64,000 bases of DNA from Setoptus koraiensis. Its lineage: Eukaryota > Animalia > Arthropoda. Under the pieces are notes generated by a model, which saw nothing but the letters and a program-made list of their open reading frames with translations, did not search any database and was not told where the DNA came from. The DNA is taken from assembly GCA_048013815.1 (NCBI GenBank), contig CM106586.1, positions 11,284,001 to 11,348,000 on the forward strand. The letters run 5' to 3'. Positions 52,501 through 64,000 of this stretch are shown here, piece after piece (position 1 is the first letter of the stretch; each line of letters begins with the position of its first letter). Both the position numbers and the translations under genes were made by a program.

Positions 52501-53534
52501 CCAAAAGAATTTGTATCACTTCTGAGCATGGAGCAATGCCTGCAATCGCTTCCAGATTCCTTGGTTATAGTTGAACTACTCTGAGCGGCGTCGCAAATGT
52601 AAACAGAGCCATCTTGAGAGCTACTAGAGGATTGTGCGTATTCGGCTTGAATCATTTTCAAAAACATCGGCACAACAGTAGATCGTATATCTTCGTTTGA
52701 CACTAGCGACAATTGTAGCAGATCTCCAAGGAGTTCGTTGTTTAACTTTTGCAATGACTCTAAGCTAGAACTTATGCTGTCCCAAGAAAGCCTCATGTCT
52801 TTGATGACTAGTAGACGAATATCACCGAAAGAAGATACTAATCTGTCCCTTTGCAAGTCTGTCATGTCCTCCAGTTGTAATGTTTTGTGATTGGCTATTG
52901 AGAGGGAACATTTAAAATAGTCTATCCAGATGCTGTGCTGAAAATTTTGACAGCGGAAATTGATTCTCAAAGCGCTCGATATACTTGTTAGTGATTTGGC
53001 TATAACAGAAATTTGTGAGATAATTTTATCGTCATGACTTTTCGTGTAAGTTTCGGCTGCAGCGTCCCCACAATCTTGATTGAATTTTCCAATGGTTTGG
53101 GATAGATTGTTATTGCCACTGGATGAGATGGACAAGAATAAAAACAATAAACTTTTGATAAATTCCGATAGCTCCTGCCTATTAGAGAAGCTTTCAAAGT
53201 AATAGTCGAAATGCTGACTTTCCATAAGTCCTAAAACGTTTATAAATAGTGTTATGAGGTGATCATAATAGTTCTGAAGGTCATCTTTTTTGCTAATAGA
53301 TATGTAGATTGTTTTGACTAACGGATTTAACAATGCGGACGCCAGGTTATGAACATCGTGGTCTCTCTCATCCGTATGTTTGCTGTTGATAACACGGAGC
53401 ATATCGTCAATTCTGGATAGACACATATCTACTTTTTCGTCTCTTTTTTCAGTTTCGCATAAAATCCTGTCCATTTGACTAACGATCACAGGTAATGGCG
53501 GTTTTTCAGCGAAAGGTTGTGTCGCTTCGGACAT
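49548..53534 (-). CDS. Dedicator of cytokinesis DHR-2 Rac GEF, DOCK3/4 (sponge)-like, single 1,328-aa ORF lacking SH3 and DHR-1
   Basis: DHR-2 motifs LWEAGLPLCREL, RPEPSYFRISFYGKGFPLFLRN and GMIDAAVNGGISRYEQAFF (the DAAVNGG form is typical of DOCK3/4). C-terminal PPSLPPKP motif. Confidence 0.85.
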   Translation of the reverse strand: MSEATQPFAEKPPLPVIVSQMDRILCETEKRDEKVDMCLSRIDDMLRVINSKHTDERDHDVHNLASALLNPLVKTIYISISKKDDLQNYYDHLITLFINVLGLMESQHFDYYFESFSNRQELSEFIKSLLFLFLSISSSGNNNLSQTIGKFNQDCGDAAAETYTKSHDDKIISQISVIAKSLTSISSALRINFRCQNFQHSIWIDYFKCSLSIANHKTLQLEDMTDLQRDRLVSSFGDIRLLVIKDMRLSWDSISSSLESLQKLNNELLGDLLQLSLVSNEDIRSTVVPMFLKMIQAEYAQSSSSSQDGSVYICDAAQSSSTITKESGSDCRHCSMLRSDTNSFGDQSLLRNTESGNFKLGIRTESFRSNRSINSLIYGKSFAESFNSSTSNKGSFQNFLKGTVTHLHKFLEMGLGDTDSRISFSVSGNSSNITSTVAAPIFYDSQFTYQIHLYESAINGLIQLMLDLRFVKDNILLQISCLLRLLDFFENVIDHKDLFVYYLYKLYYIHVKTNNLIEAGFVLLRHARLLSWLDEVIDNHHISACHAVMPQQIGSTSSVSQRKLKELLYLTILDLFEQGQLWEAGLPLCRELCQQYGDHTFEYSKMSKLLLKMSIFYEKIVETHLRPEPSYFRISFYGKGFPLFLRNSTLLFRGAAYENLGDFQTRIMVHFNDSKVVPFIGPPGPDIVESDECHIQISSCQPVMQLFDRFNGQQVDTRITNFYKANDVNKFMYMRKMKPPPIVSLIDNDEDRRQLLSRSEDEFANMWREKIILQTQHKLPGLSYFFPVTSVETIIVSPIENAIEDIVTTNTRLERLIQDHTNNVKGDVRSLGQQLAGMIDAAVNGGISRYEQAFFSDSNLADPTELDHKRKLKCLIAAQVPLLEKGLAIHNQRVVDEMRPLHQHLEESFQKLKAHILEKYGIYSTINSNCSSRRSRSSTLKLRTNKAKSSFCPLTKSNSRDTTPSSLDRKSEISGFKSLSLTQKSNNSSQASLHQPRSSSIEMRATENIGSPPSLKTNDIPNDQRKTSTNSMECGSTLNLSSSSLIGSKSKEAIHKFLKDKFKSRRANICSPRYSQNKLNREQASLSQFYGDVLDDDNCAMNSLGNNFVNLTPNSAYNDSDNELNDDQLFVHQLWERSGSIDTLNTTTGNNTNGNCMITTPTTPTTLAQSVPNNSIMCSNQSAATTNSHCLVASNTEIRMPPIPFRADLMLQQRNDKLPPPTPINQSKNLSSATNNNNKEALQQQRQQSLLDVSYNNRGSSDTLATRRYSDNCYPACSPIVKQRQQQQRSDLALQTNSKNKSSLGGADKPFDSNQTPPSLPPKPSRVT

Positions 53535-54117
53535 CTTTGTATTGCAGGTGCTACGATGGTGTTGCTCAGTCTAGTGTCTACAACAAACTGTTGAATGATT
53601 GCTTGAGAAATCCAAAATGTTTATCATTAACTCGGAGAATTTGACTAGGTGCTAATGGAATGGGATTGATTCTATACATCCGATCTGGCGGATTAATTTG
53701 CGTTTCATCTCAGGTTCGTATTATGGAAGAGATAAGGATCAAATGTAATTTTTGATGATATTCTGATGCTGATATTAAATGAGGCTCATATCTCACTAGA
53801 AATATGGTACGGTGCCGCCTTGTTGACTGATAGCTAATGCATACTGTGTGCGTTTTTTCCAATTGCCTTTCTCCCATTTCTTTTTGGAGCCGCCAGGGCG
53901 GCGCACTCAAATTTTCATATGTAAACACGTATACTAGTATATATATTCTTATCCACTATCAGACGCATTCATTTAGGCTTTAGAGTTCACTCAATAAACA
54001 TATATAACTAACTATAGTATCCCTCAGCGTCATATATTAGTATACTGTAAGTCATCAACTGTCGTCATTATCATACCTAATCAATAAATTGTTCTCCGAT
54101 ATCCCTTTTTACTTATA

Positions 54118-54825
54118 ATGAACATGGACGAATCATTAGAACAATCGTACCTAAGTACCGAAGAACCCCTACCTGAGGAAACATTAACTCCAGAACCCCA
54201 AACTGGAGAACTCAATATAGATCAGTTCAAAAAAATCGATCAAGATCTGATTTTACAGCTCAAGCAATCACATGAGAAGATAGAGTCGTCAGAACAACAA
54301 TTACTTTCTCTGGAGGATCAACCCCTACCTGAGGAAACCTCAATTCCAGAACCCCAAACTGGAGGAATCAATATAGATCATTTAAAAAAAATCAATCAAG
54401 ATCTGATTTTACAGCTCAAACAATCACATGAGAAGATAGAGTCGTTAGAACAACAAGTACTTTCTCTGGAGGATCACATTGTCAAGGCGGACGAAGAAAA
54501 AAAAGATTTACTAGTTGCGATTCAAGCCTCAGAACGGTACAGAGAGGAACTCGAGAAAAAGATCGCAACCATGTGCCCTGACGATGCCAACAATAAAAAA
54601 ACTCCAACCAAAAAAATGAACACTCTCCGTGAAAAAAATGACATTCCGGATGGTCTATTATTTGATGATGATGATGATGCCACAAAGGATACGCTCAAAG
54701 GGCGCCTCTGTCACACAGAAACTAAGAGGAAGTATCCTCGGAATTCGATTGCTAATTGGCATTCGCAGAGAGAAAAAAATAACATGTCTGTTCGAGACTT
54801 AGTCAAAACATTAGAGAAGTCATGA
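54118..54825 (+). CDS. Hypothetical coiled-coil protein with a 52-aa tandem duplication
   Basis: 235-aa ORF with ATG and stop. 156-bp direct repeat (54165-54320 and 54321-54476) keeps the frame. Heptad-like LILQLKQSHEKIESLEQQVLSLED. Confidence 0.6.
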   Translation: MNMDESLEQSYLSTEEPLPEETLTPEPQTGELNIDQFKKIDQDLILQLKQSHEKIESSEQQLLSLEDQPLPEETSIPEPQTGGINIDHLKKINQDLILQLKQSHEKIESLEQQVLSLEDHIVKADEEKKDLLVAIQASERYREELEKKIATMCPDDANNKKTPTKKMNTLREKNDIPDGLLFDDDDDATKDTLKGRLCHTETKRKYPRNSIANWHSQREKNNMSVRDLVKTLEKS

Positions 54826-55300
54826 TTGGCTCATTCAATAGTTTTTTTTACTAACTTCAGTTTAGAAACCGATGAGGTTTACGAATGTGATATTTTTAGA
54901 TTATTATTTTTTTAATAAACACTTCGCGGGAGAGTGCCTCAAAAGGATTGTGAGAGACGTTCTTTCTCTTTGTTTATCTTGTTGCGCTTGCAAACTGAGA
55001 TAGTCCAGTTCTAGTGATCGGGGGTGATGGGAGGTATTCTCCCACTGTAAGAGGTGGGAGGTCCTGGTGAGCTGATAGGTAGAACACCTCACGCCTCCCC
55101 GCACCTCCCCGTTCACTATCCGGTTCTGACGTTCTGAATTTGCCGCTTCAAGAAAGCTATGTCATGGCTCGTGGCGAAAAGTACCTTCGCATGGCAGAGA
55201 GAAAGTGAGACTAAAAACCACGTTTTCAATGTCTGCTCTAAATTGTTTACTTTTACGTATCCCTTTTACATCTCGATATCTCATATTCCGTTAGTAAGGG

Positions 55301-56326
55301 ATGACACTTCGATCAGTTGGAAAAGCATTCAAGAAAAATTCAAACATTTATCGCGATTTGTATCCATGGACAACTAGAGATCAATTCCTCAGTCACATTA
55401 AGGAAAGTATCATCTATAGAAGTGAAGATGGTGGTTCCTTGGTTGCCATTCATAAGCCCTATGGGGTGGGCATCAACTTAGTTCTAGATAATAATAAAAC
55501 CAAACAAAATCAAGACAGATTACTAAGTAGGGTACCAGGAACACCTAAATTTTGTATAGCCGACATACTAGAGCCTTTGAGTGAAGATCTAGATTTGAAA
55601 AACCCTCTGCAAGTTATATCGTCAATCGACAGATACTGCAGTGGAATTATACTGCTTTCAGACGGGAATAAAGAAGCTAAGTCAAGATTGCAGAAATGTT
55701 TCGATCGTGCGAGATGCTCCAAAGAACCCCATTACGGATTTCGAGCAATAACATATGGCTATCCAATTGTCCCTAAGAACTATCTGGCCGAAAAAGTCGG
55801 TATAAAACTTGTTGAGACTGATCCCCTTGGTGATCACAAAGAACCAGTTATAGTCATCAATCCTTCTAAGATGCACTCAATGACACGAACTAAAGATAGA
55901 GCCGTGTCGAGGGTAGAACTAAAGGTAGTGAAAATCAACAAAGAAGTGTCTGCATCACTGGTGGAACTTTTCACAAGCAGTCTCAAGTGGGACTTCCCTC
56001 GATGTTACATTAGCAGTAAAACTTCATTTATTTTAGGTGATGTTCGTTTTTCTAAGCGAATTAAGGAGATTCTTGGTAAGCCGACACAGGTATCGGCACT
56101 TAACACAAGTCATAATTTTGACGAAAATTACGGACGCCTAAATACCAAAATAAGCGATAGATTAGGTGTCAATAACAACGCATATATACCACTCATGTTG
56201 GATTGCTTCGCCTTGCATTTGAAAGGCTTTGATCGCTCGGATGGCAAGGACTTACTTATACAGTCGCCATATGTGCCTGTACATTTCGCTCACACATTGG
56301 AGAGACTTGATTTGCTAGAGTTGTGA
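55301..56326 (+). CDS. Mitochondrial RluA-family pseudouridine synthase-like protein (RPUSD3/RPUSD4-like), intronless
   Basis: Motif I LVAIHKPYG, degenerate motif II VISSIDRYCSGIILLS, ILGD..FS motif and C-terminal PLML..F.L.L motif. Confidence 0.75.
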   Translation: MTLRSVGKAFKKNSNIYRDLYPWTTRDQFLSHIKESIIYRSEDGGSLVAIHKPYGVGINLVLDNNKTKQNQDRLLSRVPGTPKFCIADILEPLSEDLDLKNPLQVISSIDRYCSGIILLSDGNKEAKSRLQKCFDRARCSKEPHYGFRAITYGYPIVPKNYLAEKVGIKLVETDPLGDHKEPVIVINPSKMHSMTRTKDRAVSRVELKVVKINKEVSASLVELFTSSLKWDFPRCYISSKTSFILGDVRFSKRIKEILGKPTQVSALNTSHNFDENYGRLNTKISDRLGVNNNAYIPLMLDCFALHLKGFDRSDGKDLLIQSPYVPVHFAHTLERLDLLEL

Positions 56327-56483
56327 TGCAATAATTGTTTGCCTTAATATGTTACCATTCGCATGTACATGTATTATGCATATATAACATCTCTAAACAC
56401 AAATATATTTATATATATATAAATATATATACACATGTATTTGTGTGTTTGTTTGTGTGATCAGTGGTTGTATAAATATTGTA

Positions 56484-57263
56484 TCATAACAATTCGTACT
56501 GTCTTAAGTGCATCCGTTGTATAATATCGCGGCAATCATTAAATACTCGGCGTATATTTTCAGTATCGACTGCGCAAGTAAAATGTGGATAACAGTAATG
56601 TTTGCCATCACCGGTAGCTGTGCTTATTCGCAGGAACTCATCACGAATAAAATATTTCGCTCTGATAAAATTGGGATCTTCACCGGGTTCTGTAACGGCA
56701 TCAAGTGGCGTTTGGTAGTGAGCGAATTCTGGAAAATATTCCTCTATTCTTGACTTGCCTAATTTCACTTTTTCAGCCAACAAGTCTTGCTTATTAAGAA
56801 ATAATATAACTGAAATGGTCCGTAACCATCTATTATTCCAAATTGATTTAAATAAATCCAATGATTCTCTTAGTCTATTTTGATTAGGGTCCTCACGCAA
56901 AACCATATTGTAACTACTACAGGCGGTAACAAATATAATGGCAGTGACATCATTAAAACATTGAATCCACTTTCTACGTTCGTCTCGCTGGCCTCCCACA
57001 TCAAACATATGGAAATTCACCTTTTCCACTTGGAATTTAGTTTCGAATATACCGGATGTCAAAACACGACACCTCAAGATGTCTTGTTCTGTGGGTGTGT
57101 AATCAGGCCTTTTAACGATACTAACACGATCTAAAAAGTATTTAGCACAATCTATTAATTGGTATTCATTTGAGCGTTCAAAGGTTGCTTGAACTCCTCT
57201 ATCTTTCCACAGTATTTCTGAGTGTTCATAAAATTCGGGCGGGTAATCAAAATCTGGCGAAGA
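56484..57263 (-). CDS. GNAS: G protein alpha-s, C-terminal half (SSPDFDY...QYELL*), 5'-truncated
   Basis: [18 protein letters not shown] and TCAVD GTPase motifs and the Gs-specific C-terminus [10 protein letters not shown]. No introns. Homology stops abruptly at 57263. Confidence 0.9.
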   Translation of the reverse strand, partial: SSPDFDYPPEFYEHSEILWKDRGVQATFERSNEYQLIDCAKYFLDRVSIVKRPDYTPTEQDILRCRVLTSGIFETKFQVEKVNFHMFDVGGQRDERRKWIQCFNDVTAIIFVTACSSYNMVLREDPNQNRLRESLDLFKSIWNNRWLRTISVILFLNKQDLLAEKVKLGKSRIEEYFPEFAHYQTPLDAVTEPGEDPNFIRAKYFIRDEFLRISTATGDGKHYCYPHFTCAVDTENIRRVFNDCRDIIQRMHLRQYELL

Positions 57264-58030
57264 ATCGCCCTCGCATTTGAAAGGCTTTGATCGCTCGGAT
57301 GGCAAAGATTTACTTGTTGCGAACGCGGGGAATTCGTTCGCGCTTTAGGCGCAAGTTCGCGAGTTCACTATATCATTCATATAAACGTGAGCAGCGAACA
57401 AGTTCGCAGATCGTCGAGCTAGCGAGCGAGAGCGACTCAATTTTTGACTCTCACCGAGTGCATGTGTATATTTGTGTGCGTGTGTTTGTACAGAGGCACG
57501 CAGTTCAATTCTTTTCACTGTTGCCGTTGCAGACTCAGCGACGACGGCGGCGTCGAGCACAGTTGTAACAATGGCAATAGATAGGAAGTGTGAGCGATAG
57601 GCTAGAGGGGGTGTAGAGAGTCGGCTCAGCGAACGAACGAACGACAGTGAGAGAGATCGAGCGAACGAGAGAACGATTGAGCAAGCAAAGTTAGAGAGAG
57701 TTAGCGAATGCACGAAGAGCATGGAGAAGTAACACACACACAACGCGATGGTGGTATATGTTACGTAAGCACATGACATGATTTGTACACAAAAATTTGT
57801 GAGCACAGTCTATGGACGGCTTAAATATATATAAAAATACATATACAAAGAATATTGTGCCGCTCGTAAGCATCTAATGTGCAATAATATTCTTCTGTGC
57901 TCCCCTCTCTCTCTGGATGGCTCTGTCTGATCCACCATTCTCTGCCATCGGGCCTCATCCTTGTCACATATCCTACATATCCCATTGGCAAGCGTTGATT
58001 CTGGAAGTGTAGTTCTTGAGCAGTTGAGCA

Positions 58031-58034
58031 GTGC

Positions 58035-58084
<50 letters not shown>

Positions 58085-58086
58085 GT

Positions 58087-58154
<68 letters not shown>

Positions 58155-58162
58155 GCGTGTGT
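58031..58162. repeat. (GT)n microsatellite, interrupted
   Basis: About 130 bp of GT repeats with GC interruptions. Confidence 0.95.
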
Positions 58163-58265
58163 TTGCTAAAACAGATTACTGTGCGCTGGTAAAGTAACAC
58201 TCTTTGGCGTAGTTCCGCTTTATACATAAGGGGCGCTTGTGTTGGGAAAAAACCGACCATTGAAC

Positions 58266-58598
58266 TATGCTGGACCGCGGTTTACGTCCCGCGGATTGGG
58301 CTGTTCCGCGGCCCTAGCGCGGCCTCCGCGGTTCTTCGGCGCGGAACACCGCGAAACCCCGCGGAAGCAGAAAAGACACCCCAAATCACTTCCAATCAAT
58401 AGAATGACTTTGGTTTAATCAATTTTTAGTACATTCACTCAATTAGAGGCCTCAATTCTGCTTTCGGGGCTCTTCGCGAGTTCCGCGGTAGAAGAACGGC
58501 GGAAGGGGCGCGGAAAGGCCGCGGAAAGGCCGCGGAACGAAAATCTATACAGAATTCCTACCGCGGTCTTTTCCGCGCCCCTTCCGCGATCCAGCATA
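58266..58598. mobile_element. hAT-like MITE (333 bp)
   Basis: 15-bp TIRs TATGCTGGACCGCGG / CCGCGATCCAGCATA (14 of 15 match). 8-bp flanking duplication CATTGAAC (58258-58265) / CATCGAAC (58599-58606); 8-bp TSDs are typical of hAT. CCGCGG-rich subterminal motifs; no ORF. Confidence 0.75.
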
Positions 58599-59457
58599 CA
58601 TCGAACAATTCACTGGCAAGAGAAACACCGCATTTTATGTTCTTTTGGGCGCCCTCTTCAGACACCATTGTGAAGTAGGATTATGAGCGAGATTTTAACC
58701 AATTCTCTGTGCTCATAGTGTATACAAATGGCTAGTGTGAGTCACGTATGTGTGTAGCGAGCTTTCAGACACCTTTCAGTTAGACACGATCACTGACTCC
58801 TCCATTTAGTGATGCTAAATCAAGCTTGTGTTGTGTGAATGAGAGAGAAAGCTAAGCACAGAGCTGAACAAAACATGCTCAGCTCGGCTCAGCTTTACCA
58901 TCAGCAGCACCATTGGACCGTGTGTGTGTCTATGTGTAAGTGTGCATGTGTGCGTGTGTGTACGTTCGACAATACAGCCAATGGTAGTGGCCCTGGGTGG
59001 TTGTGGTGATATTATTTGTGATATCGTTACTGCTGCTGCTGTACTAGCGCTCCTTTGGCCATGATGATGATACCGTTGGTATTTTCAATGAACCACCACC
59101 ACTGCTTGATCAATGATGGCCATTAGATGATTATGATAACTATACACACACTATATAATCGAAGTTATAGCTGGCTAGCCAGATTACAAAAGACTGAAAG
59201 AAGAGGGATAAAAGAAGGCAAACATTGACGGGCACCTACAACAGCAGCCATAGACATAGGCCAGTTGTTATATACCACCACTGTGTATTGGCGGCGTTAG
59301 CTCAGCTTTTCTATATGGTTAATATATACAGTATTTTATTATTATACAAACTTACAAATACACATTCACACAAGCACCCATACACAAACACACAAATAAA
59401 TATATAGATATATACATACCATACATATATATATATATATATAAATATATATATATT

Positions 59458-59489
<32 letters not shown>

Positions 59490-59862
59490 CACATACGAAC
59501 TCACTTACTTATACATATATATATATCTATCTATATATAAATATATATATATAGATATAATTGATGCATACAAATCAAAATCAATAATATTATTAGAGCC
59601 CCCTAGAATACTACTTATTATTATTATGACTAACAAGATATTGATATTACTACCACCATTATTATTACTATTACAACTACTACCACCAACTATTTTATCC
59701 TAACGAAGGATCGAGAGTTGCAGCATCGACACTCACTTTCTCTGTCTGTCTCTCACACACACCATATTCTCTGTCTCATCAAAGTAGTAACGTAACAATG
59801 CACATCATATAATACACATTCACACATAATAACATTTTTGTAATTATCACCATTAATATATA

Positions 59863-59900
<38 letters not shown>

Positions 59901-60286
59901 CCACCACCACCATACTCTATTTCTCTCGAGCACTCTCCCAAGCTGTATAAACCATCCTACTACTCTTACATGTAAATGTATCTATTATATTGCTGCAACC
60001 AATAGTATTATTATCGCCATCACTAATACAACTATTATAATTAAAAGGAAGGACATATTGTCGAGATTTAATTTGTTTAAAATCTGAGACAACAACAACA
60101 TCAGCAGCAGCTGCTGGAGGACAGGCCATCTCAAGTAGAACGACCGCCAGGAAGAGGACGACTTCTATTCCATTTTGGCTAATATTAACAACACGGATAA
60201 TCAATCAGCCAAGATATACAAGTAGAAGGACGAAAAAAAATTTATTATAAATGTGTCTCGTGGATCCTATAATGGATGGTAAACTC

Positions 60287-60718
60287 ATGGGGTGCTTTGG
60301 TGTATCAAGTTCTAAAAATGACGCCGAAGAGGATAAACGGCGGAAGGAAGCCAATAAACGTATCGAAAAACAGATACAAAAAGATAAACAAGTCTATCGA
60401 GCCACACATAGATTGTTACTATTGGGCGCTGGTGAATCTGGCAAATCGACAATCGTTAAACAGATGAGGATACTTCACGTTAACGGTTTTAGCGAGGAAG
60501 AAAAGAAACAAAAAATAGAAGATATAAAAAAGAATATTAGAGATGCAATATTAACAATTACCGGTGCAATGAGCACACTGATACCTAGCGTTTCACTTGA
60601 ACATCATGAAAATCAATGGCGCGTCGATTATATACAAGATGTTGCATCTTCGCCAGATTTTGATTACCCGCCCGAATTTTATGAACACACAGAAATACTG
60701 TGGAAAGATAGAGGAGTT
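60287..60718 (+). CDS. GNAS: G protein alpha-s, N-terminal half (MGCFG...ILWKDRGV), continuing as an error-riddled copy to ~61215
   Basis: MGCFG start and [28 protein letters not shown]-loop. After 60718 the sequence still follows Gs-alpha DNA but with dense insertions. Confidence 0.85.
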
Positions 60719-61319
60719 AAGTTTCGAAGAAACCTGTTTTTTAGCTTAGGGTCACCGGAAGATCACGTTGCCCTGACTCAATTATGGAACCTACCACTTG
60801 TAATAGTAGATAGAGTTGGGGCTAAATTAATACGGTGTGTTTTGGATCGGCTTGTCTGGTGGTTAGTATTCTGTTGTAATAACGCCTGATTTATTACACA
60901 CGCCACAGAAAAAACAAGACATCGCGTGACGGTGTCGTGTTTTGACATTCCGGTATATCGAAACTAAAGGTACCAAGTGGAAACTTAATCCGTATAGTCA
61001 AGGTGTTTTATTTCCCTTTTATGTTTTGATAATGTGTGTTGAGGCCAGCGAGACGAAGTAGAAGAAGTTGGATTCAAAGGAAAAAGATGAAAGTGGATTC
61101 AATGTTTTGAATTGATGTCACGTGCCATTTTATTGGTTGCCGCCTGTGCTGTATGTAGTTCCAATAGGGGTTTGGGTGAGGGTACCCTTAAGCAAAAATA
61201 GACGAGAGATTCATTGGGTGGTCACATAGGTGGTATACAGTTTGTCGCTCACGTCGGCCGCCGCCCCTCCGGTGTTGGGTAGTGTTTGGGTGGTGAGAAG
61301 ATATGTGTTTATACATTTG

Positions 61320-62065
61320 AAATCCAATGATTCTCTTAGTCTATTTTGATTAGGGTCCTCACGCAAAACCATATTGTAACTACTACAGGCGGTAACAAAT
61401 ATAATGGCAGTGACATCATTAAAACATTGAATCCACTTTCTACGTTCGTCTCGCTGGCCTCCCACATCAAACATATGGAAATTCACCTTTTCCACTTGGA
61501 ATTTAGTTTCGAATATACCGGATGTCAAAACACGACACCTCAAGATGTCTTGTTCTGTGGGTGTGTAATCAGGCCTTTTAACGATACTAACACGATCTAA
61601 AAAGTATTTAGCACAATCTATTAATTGGTATTCATTTGAGCGTTCAAAGGTTGCTTGAACTCCTCTATCTTTCCACAGTATTTCTGTGTGTTCATAAAAT
61701 TCGGGCGGGTAATCAAAATCTGGCGAAGATGCAACATCTTGTATATAATCGACGCGCCATTGATTTTCATGATGTTCAAGTGAAACGCTAGGTATCAGTG
61801 TGCTCATTGCACCGGTAATTGTTAATATTGCATCTCTAATATTCTTTTTTATATCTTCTATTTTTTGTTTCTTTTCTTCCTCGCTAAAACCGTTAACGTG
61901 AAGTATCCTCATCTGTTTAACGATTGTCGATTTGCCAGATTCACCAGCGCCCAATAGTAACAATCTATGTGTGGCTCGATAGACTTGTTTATCTTTTTGT
62001 ATCTGTTTTTCGATACGTTTATTGGCTTCCTTCCGCCGTTTATCCTCTTCGGCGTCATTTTTTAG
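61320..62065 (-). other. GNAS: Inverted second copy of the Gs-alpha N-terminal two-thirds (probable fold-back artefact)
   Basis: Reverse complement of ~60311-61215. 61320-61729 matches 56854-57263, with one difference that I noticed (HTE versus HSE). Confidence 0.75.
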
Positions 62066-62129
62066 TTAGCATAAAAACTTGAGGTCTCCATAATGCCCCC
62101 ATGGCGATCTACCATCCTCATCTCTGCAT

Positions 62130-64000
<1,871 letters not shown>

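Noticed and set aside
53540-53930. Protein-like pieces upstream of DOCK (KKKWEKGNWKKR; QILRVNDKHFGFLK)
   Set aside because: They are scattered across frames with stops and match no family I recognise, including the DOCK N-terminus.
56484-62065. Three genuine Gs-alpha paralogues
   Set aside because: The copies are near-identical, each is partial, and they are tied to a fold-back and a junk tract; an assembly artefact is more parsimonious.

Overview
Eukaryotic DNA from a compact arthropod genome. An acariform, possibly eriophyoid-like, mite is my inference from gene content, intron-poor housekeeping genes and N/Q/H-rich proteins; it is not verified. (1) 1-9.8 kb: nested non-autonomous Helentron-like (HINE/DINE-1-type) elements that share termini but carry different tandem-repeat cargo, plus an orphan secreted-like ORF, a 500-N gap and a long hairpin. 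(2) 10-48 kb: a broken cadherin fragment, a dmrt99B-like DM gene (+), an intronless SMAP ArfGAP (-), a ~1,526-aa ESE/ELF3-like ETS gene (+) and a dissatisfaction-like NR2E nuclear receptor (-) with no visible ligand-binding domain. (3) 49.5-57.3 kb: intronless DOCK3/4-like GEF lacking its N-terminal half, an orphan coiled-coil gene, an RPUSD3/4-like pseudouridine synthase and the C-terminal half of Gs-alpha. (4) 57.3-64 kb: a hAT-like MITE, the Gs-alpha N-terminus in a fold-back that resembles a long-read adapter artefact, and ~1.9 kb of poly-C junk. Best biological leads are the LBD-less dsf, the modular HINE nest and the truncated DOCK. The last ~7 kb needs re-assembly before interpretation. 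All family calls come from motif recognition by eye; no searches were run.
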